Below the pieces are notes generated by a model, which saw nothing but the letters and a program-made list of their open reading frames with translations, was not told the DNA's origin and ran no database searches. Positions 7,190 through 10,881 of a DNA stretch of 10,881 nt are shown piece by piece. Position 1 is the stretch's first letter; each line of letters opens with the position of its first letter. Both the position numbers and the translations under genes were made by a program. The stretch lies in contig JAXLYF010000011.1 of the NCBI GenBank assembly GCA_046351615.1, forward strand, positions 1 through 10,881, written 5' to 3'. Origin of the DNA: Polyangia bacterium. Its GTDB lineage: Bacteria > Myxococcota_A > Polyangia > Palsa-1104 > JAEUJZ01.

Positions 7190-9088
7190 ATGCCGCTGTA
7201 TGAGTCAGACCGCAAACCACACACGCCCGATCCGTGGAGCGCTCCCAAGCCACAAGCGGCGGCTCCATCGATTGCTGCGATGGGCGATGTAAAGCCGCAC
7301 GTCTCCGCAGTGGGTGGCACCAAGTCGCAAGCTGCTCCGGCGACGGCCAGCGAAGGTGGTGGCGCGTGGCAAGGAGCAGCCAAAGGCGCGGCGATAGGTG
7401 CGGCGGTGGGATCTCTGTTGGGACCGCTCGGTGCGGGCATTGGCGGCATCCTGGGCGGCGTGATTGGGAATCGAACCGGGGAAAAGGAAACCGCTCATCC
7501 CGAACGGTTTGATCCGACCGAAAAGATCAAGATCACCGACGCGGAGCGCAAGCAAGCAGAGACGATGCGTGGTGACCTCAGCAAGTCGCTGGAAAAGCTG
7601 GAGCTGCCGCAGAAACAGCGCGATCAGATCCTGGCACAGTGCAAAGGGCTGTCGGGAGATGCGCTCGTCGAGCATATGCGGATCATTGGGCACGCGCTGC
7701 AGACGGAAAACGCCGACCGAGCCCTGAGTGCGTATGCAGACATCACGCAGATGGCAGCAGCGGACAGCAAGCACGGTGGACGCATCGGCACAGACATCTT
7801 GGGAGAGCTGGTAACTGGCGTTGCGGACCGACGGACGGACAACGATCGCGGCATGGAAGGAATCTTGGGCGCCAAGCAAGCGCGTGAAGCGGCAGAGGCG
7901 CTCCTTAAGATGAGCGATGGCGACTTCAAGGCCACAACAGAGCTGCTTCAGCAGGCCGGAAAAGCTCCCGATGGGAAGGTGTCAGCGACGGCGGATGCTG
8001 GGGCAGAACGGTCGCTGCTTCTGCAAGCGGTGGCTGCGCGCAAAGACGACTTCAGTGGTGCGGATGCGCAGAAGGATATCGCGACGCTGACCTCGTTTGC
8101 GAAAGACATCCGAGGCATGGAGCGCAAGGAGCTGATTCGCACGACCACGGCGATTGATGTCGATGGGGACAATACCTCGACGCTGAAGCCAACGGGAATG
8201 GATGCCGCAGCGCCTGTTGGTTTGCTTCAACGGATGTGGAATACGGTGTTTCCTCCCAATCCTGCGGACCAACGGGCCGATAACGACGGTCTGTTTCAGC
8301 GCTACACCCAATCGTGCGCACCGACGACAGCGCAGATGACCAAAGCGGCAGCAGACCCGATCTATGCGCGCGCGCTTCACAAGAGCGGCTTGAACGATCC
8401 GGGCCAGGACAACCTGGCGGCCAAGGAACAGAAAGACATCTTGGAGCGGCTGGGTGGCGCGGATGGAACGCCGGATCAGGCCGTCTCACGACTCGGACAG
8501 AAAGCGCGCGGCGACTTTAGTACGGACAGCAAGAACCTGCTGCGGAGCGGGGCACTGTCTGATGATCAGTTCAAGCTGCTGCGTGACTATGCAGACGGAA
8601 AAGATCTCAGCAAAGGGAATCAAGCAGCGCTTACCAAGGCGCTTGATACGATGCGCGCGGCCAACAAAGGACACCCGAGCGAGTCAGAGATTCAGGCGAT
8701 GCGCGACAACTCGCGACAGACCGAAGGCGACGGAATGTACTTGGATGATGCGCTCAATGACCACGCCAAGAGCGCGACGCACGTCAAGTACACCGATCAC
8801 GATGCGCAGGATGTCAGCGGAGCGGTCAAACAGACAGCGCTGGATACCTGGGCAGAGAAGCTGCGCGATGGACAAGACGTTCCGCTGCGAGTGGGCTGGA
8901 CGGCGGGAGGTGGTCACTTTATGGCGTGTACCGATGTGCGCGGACGAGGTGCTGATCGCAAGTTCCTGATCTCTGATCCGTGGACGGGTACTACGTCGTG
9001 GGTGGCGGAAAAAGCGATCCAAGATGGCTCATGGACCAGCACGTTTGAGGGTGAAGCGGGCTCGCTCACGCACCTGTACTATGAGTAG
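7190..9088 (+). CDS. large uncharacterised protein (632 aa): Pro/Ala-rich N-terminus, glycine-zipper membrane segment, helical middle, and a C-terminal putative papain-fold Cys/His/Asp hydrolase-like domain
   Basis: AAGGAG lies 9 nt upstream of the ATG. Glycine zipper: GAAKGAAIGAAVGSLLGPLGAGIGGILGGVIG. C-terminal signature: candidate nucleophile in FQRYTQSCAPTTAQM, candidate His in GWTAGGGHFMACTD, and Asp 20 residues later in KFLISDPWTG. This His-x(13-20)-Asp spacing is typical of papain-like (clan CA) peptidases and transglutaminase-like enzymes. No signal peptide. Coding-like composition throughout. Confidence 0.8.
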   Translation: MPLYESDRKPHTPDPWSAPKPQAAAPSIAAMGDVKPHVSAVGGTKSQAAPATASEGGGAWQGAAKGAAIGAAVGSLLGPLGAGIGGILGGVIGNRTGEKETAHPERFDPTEKIKITDAERKQAETMRGDLSKSLEKLELPQKQRDQILAQCKGLSGDALVEHMRIIGHALQTENADRALSAYADITQMAAADSKHGGRIGTDILGELVTGVADRRTDNDRGMEGILGAKQAREAAEALLKMSDGDFKATTELLQQAGKAPDGKVSATADAGAERSLLLQAVAARKDDFSGADAQKDIATLTSFAKDIRGMERKELIRTTTAIDVDGDNTSTLKPTGMDAAAPVGLLQRMWNTVFPPNPADQRADNDGLFQRYTQSCAPTTAQMTKAAADPIYARALHKSGLNDPGQDNLAAKEQKDILERLGGADGTPDQAVSRLGQKARGDFSTDSKNLLRSGALSDDQFKLLRDYADGKDLSKGNQAALTKALDTMRAANKGHPSESEIQAMRDNSRQTEGDGMYLDDALNDHAKSATHVKYTDHDAQDVSGAVKQTALDTWAEKLRDGQDVPLRVGWTAGGGHFMACTDVRGRGADRKFLISDPWTGTTSWVAEKAIQDGSWTSTFEGEAGSLTHLYYE

Positions 9089-9091
9089 ACT

Positions 9092-9703
9092 GTGAAACGT
9101 ACCATGCAGTCGCGTCGCTGTGCTCTCAAACAAGGACTGGCTATGATTGCGATGTTCGGTTTCTCTACAATCGCGGATGATGCCGTCGGTGGTGCTGCCA
9201 AACCAAGCGTTGTTTGGACCGATGTTGCTGCGCGTGCGGAGTCAACTCCAGCGGCGGATCTGATGGCAGCCAAAGCCAAGATCGATGCGCTGGCTGAACC
9301 GGTACGGAAACGGGCCGAGACGCTGCTCACGCAGGTTGCTGGGGTCACGCTTGATGCGGTGGGAATCCAGCAAGCAGTGACGTTGCTCAACAGCGAGGTT
9401 CCGGGCTTCTTTCGGTACGCTCCGGGCGAGCGTCCTGGGCAAGACCACCCACACGGAACGGCTGTACGCGGCGCAGCACTTCTGCTTCTGCGGGGACTGT
9501 TGTTTTCTGCGGGCAAGCGCGCCAAGTCGCACAATCATCCGGCGTCTGCCACCGCTGGGATCTTGGGTGGACTGCGGGCCTGCCGGGTTTTCCGTCCGCT
9601 CGATCAGACCAAGCTGGAAGAAGATCTGATGCTGGTTGTTTCGTCGAAGGTCTACTTTGCGGCGGAACAGATCTTGGCCGACAAGAGCACAGCCAAGCAG
9701 TAG
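9092..9703 (+). CDS. small protein (203 aa) with a twin-arginine-like N-terminal signal; putative exported partner of the upstream gene
   Basis: It starts 3 nt after the upstream stop (GTG 9092, or ATG 9104 giving MQSRRCALKQGLAMIAMFGFSTIA..). SRRCALK fits the Tat consensus S/T-R-R-x-F-L-K and is followed by a hydrophobic h-region. No recognised domain. The tight spacing suggests an operon with 7190-9088. Confidence 0.65.
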   Translation: MKRTMQSRRCALKQGLAMIAMFGFSTIADDAVGGAAKPSVVWTDVAARAESTPAADLMAAKAKIDALAEPVRKRAETLLTQVAGVTLDAVGIQQAVTLLNSEVPGFFRYAPGERPGQDHPHGTAVRGAALLLLRGLLFSAGKRAKSHNHPASATAGILGGLRACRVFRPLDQTKLEEDLMLVVSSKVYFAAEQILADKSTAKQ

Positions 9704-9790
9704 TCGGTCCACTTTCCCGAGTCTGCGTGACGGATGATGGCGGCGGGCTCGCGTGCGTACTTCCCCGCGCATCGGACTCGGTAGCGGGGA

Positions 9791-10363
9791 ATGCGAGCGA
9801 AGGATCTCGACGAGCACACGCTTGGCTTTGCCAAGTTCAACGTGAAGCGCTCGCAGCGGTTCTTGGTCGATGGTCAGCCGGCGGACCGCTTTCCGGTGCT
9901 GCGCGCGGCGGGAGGCATCGACTACTACTTAGAGCTTCCGACGCTGCCCGACTATCAGAACAGCGGCTTTGTGAAGCTATCGAGCTTGCAGCGGCGCGGT
10001 CAGAGCTATGCCGACTATCTGTCCTCAACGCGAATTTCCTGCAAAGCGATGCGTGACGAGCAGGTCTACCTGAGCGCAACCGGCCATCTGTTTCCGTGCT
10101 GCTGGCTTGGACAGATTTATGACTCGTGGCCGTCACCGATGGCGGCAGAGATTCGCTCGCGCATTGCGGAGCTTCCGGACGGACTGGATGCGCTGGATCT
10201 TCGAAAGCGCTCGTTTGCCGAGATCATCGATGGTCCGTTCTTTCAAGATCTGGTTGTGCGCGGCTGGCATCCCGAAGCGCCGCAAGGTCGGCTGTCAGCC
10301 TGTGGTCGCATGTGCGGAGAGATCGACACGCACTCACGTCAGTGGGAATCAAGCAGCGTGTGA
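9791..10363 (+). CDS. radical SAM enzyme, C-terminal SPASM/twitch-like fragment of the gene split at 6786/9820 (probable pseudogene)
   Basis: SCKAMRDEQVYLSATGHLFPCC matches C-x13-G-x4-C of the SPASM/twitch auxiliary-cluster motif. A terminal CGRMCG gives CX3C. The sequence upstream of 9820 (MRAKDLDEHT) is probably not native coding. Joined to the 6227 fragment at the repeat, it gives a ~362-aa in-frame protein. Confidence 0.75.
   Translation: MRAKDLDEHTLGFAKFNVKRSQRFLVDGQPADRFPVLRAAGGIDYYLELPTLPDYQNSGFVKLSSLQRRGQSYADYLSSTRISCKAMRDEQVYLSATGHLFPCCWLGQIYDSWPSPMAAEIRSRIAELPDGLDALDLRKRSFAEIIDGPFFQDLVVRGWHPEAPQGRLSACGRMCGEIDTHSRQWESSSV
9820..9834 (+). repeat. 15-bp perfect direct repeat, right copy (gcttggctttgccaa)
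   Basis: Identical to 6772-6786 and in the same codon phase within the downstream radical SAM C-fragment. Confidence 0.8.
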
Positions 10364-10376
10364 TACGCTCAGCGAA

Positions 10377-10881
10377 ATGAGCAGATGGGCTCTCGTATTG
10401 GTGCTGGCGCTCGGCTGTAGCAAAGGCGGCATGCTGTCCGATGGGTCTGTTGACCATCCAGATGCGCACCTAGATCCACTGCGTGACCTGGCTACGCAAG
10501 CAGATGACTTGCAGCACGGGGCTGAAGATCTGGGCTCGGCTGATCTACTGACCGTGGACCAGCGTGGCACCGATGCTGCCATGTCTGCGGATCTGAAGCC
10601 TGCGCCGGATCTGAGCGTGCCAGCGGATCTGAAGCCGCCACCGGATTTGGCTGTGCCTGGAGACTTGGCGACGCCACCGGACTTGGCATATCCGGTCAGT
10701 CAGACCGTCGATATCTTCGTCGATAACACCTGCAAGATGGATGTCTTGCCGAAGAAGTTCGACGTTCCTGCGGGCAGCTCGCTCAAGCTCACCTACGTAA
10801 ACCGCAGCCGCGACTACAAGGTCGACATCTGGGCCTCGTATGGCGGTGGCTTTACCGACCTTCTGCCCGGCGCTTCGTGGG
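10377..10881 (+). CDS. putative lipoprotein with Pro-Asp-Leu repeat linker; N-terminal part only (continues past the right edge)
   Basis: I translated it by hand: MSRWALVLVLALGCSKGG.. gives a signal peptide plus lipobox-like Cys. It is followed by ADLKPAPDLSVP/ADLKPPPDLAVP/GDLATPPDLAYP, then VDIFVDNTCKMDVLPKKFDVPAGSSLKLTYVNRSRDYKVDIWASYGGGF.. with no stop to 10881. It is absent from the track because it is open-ended. Confidence 0.6.
   Translation, partial: MSRWALVLVLALGCSKGGMLSDGSVDHPDAHLDPLRDLATQADDLQHGAEDLGSADLLTVDQRGTDAAMSADLKPAPDLSVPADLKPPPDLAVPGDLATPPDLAYPVSQTVDIFVDNTCKMDVLPKKFDVPAGSSLKLTYVNRSRDYKVDIWASYGGGFTDLLPGASW
10587..10694 (+). repeat. three imperfect tandem 36-bp repeats encoding a [AG]DL[KA][PT][AP]PDL[SA][VY]P linker
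   Basis: Units: gcggatctgaagcctgcgccggatctgagcgtgcca / gcggatctgaagccgccaccggatttggctgtgcct / ggagacttggcgacgccaccggacttggcatatccg. Confidence 0.8.

Larger units (their letters stand above)
6787..9819 (+). other. 3033-bp inserted segment (cargo) between the 15-bp direct repeats; it carries a 5' non-coding region and a two-gene module
   Basis: It lies between two perfect 15-bp direct repeats that sit in-frame within the two halves of a radical SAM gene. It contains no recognisable recombinase or transposase. The cargo genes are 7190-9088 and 9092-9703. Confidence 0.5.

Noticed and set aside
7096-8520. Multiple minus- and plus-strand ORFs (e.g. 7205-7879, 7624-7935, 7982-8380, 8052-8489, 8314-8520, 8454-8969, 8684-9022)
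   Set aside because: They are embedded in or antisense to the 7190-9088 gene, which has a strong RBS, consistent coding composition and 632 uninterrupted codons. They are typical GC-rich shadow ORFs.
9242-10136. Minus-strand ORFs 9242-9817, 9652-9840, 9837-10136 and plus ORFs 9727-10056, 10126-10380
   Set aside because: They are antisense or out of frame relative to the Tat-signal gene and the radical SAM C-fragment, whose motifs identify the true frames.

Overview
This is a GC-rich bacterial chromosomal segment, roughly 60-65% GC in the host-like parts. The ORF tracks are dense, so the six-frame list contains many spurious antisense ORFs. I can support the following from the sequence.

(i) A lower-GC island at about 420-5100 carries three uncharacterised genes (579-1082, 1154-2545 lipoprotein-like, 3942-5099). 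It is interrupted by an IS4-family, Tn5/IS50-like insertion sequence whose DDE transposase lies on the minus strand (2484-3815). The insertion fuses into an artefactual 847-aa antisense read-through ORF (2556-5099).

(ii) A gene at 5192-6160 has an N-terminal region resembling the T2SS-E/MshE N-terminal (T2SSE_N) fold. This is followed by 17 perfect-phase 12-bp tandem repeats encoding (VEPx)17.

(iii) A radical SAM gene is split. Its N-terminal half (6227-6868) carries the CX3CX2C cluster. Its C-terminal SPASM/twitch-like half (9791-10363, CX13GX4C..CC..CX3C) sits 3 kb downstream in the same codon phase. The two halves are joined by a perfect 15-bp direct repeat (6772-6786 and 9820-9834). Deleting one repeat copy plus the intervening 3033 bp would restore a roughly 362-aa open reading frame.

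(iv) The intervening cargo is a tightly coupled two-gene module. The first gene (7190-9088) encodes a 632-aa protein with a glycine-zipper membrane segment, a long helical middle and a C-terminal Cys...His...Asp papain-like signature. The second (9092-9703) encodes a 203-aa protein with a twin-arginine-like signal. Neither looks like a well-characterised family. This inserted module is my best candidate for an undescribed system, possibly an effector/partner pair.

(v) A 5'-partial lipoprotein gene (10377 to window end) has three 36-bp 'PDL' repeats.

I found no rRNA, tRNA or CRISPR. All family assignments come from motif recognition by eye, not from searches.
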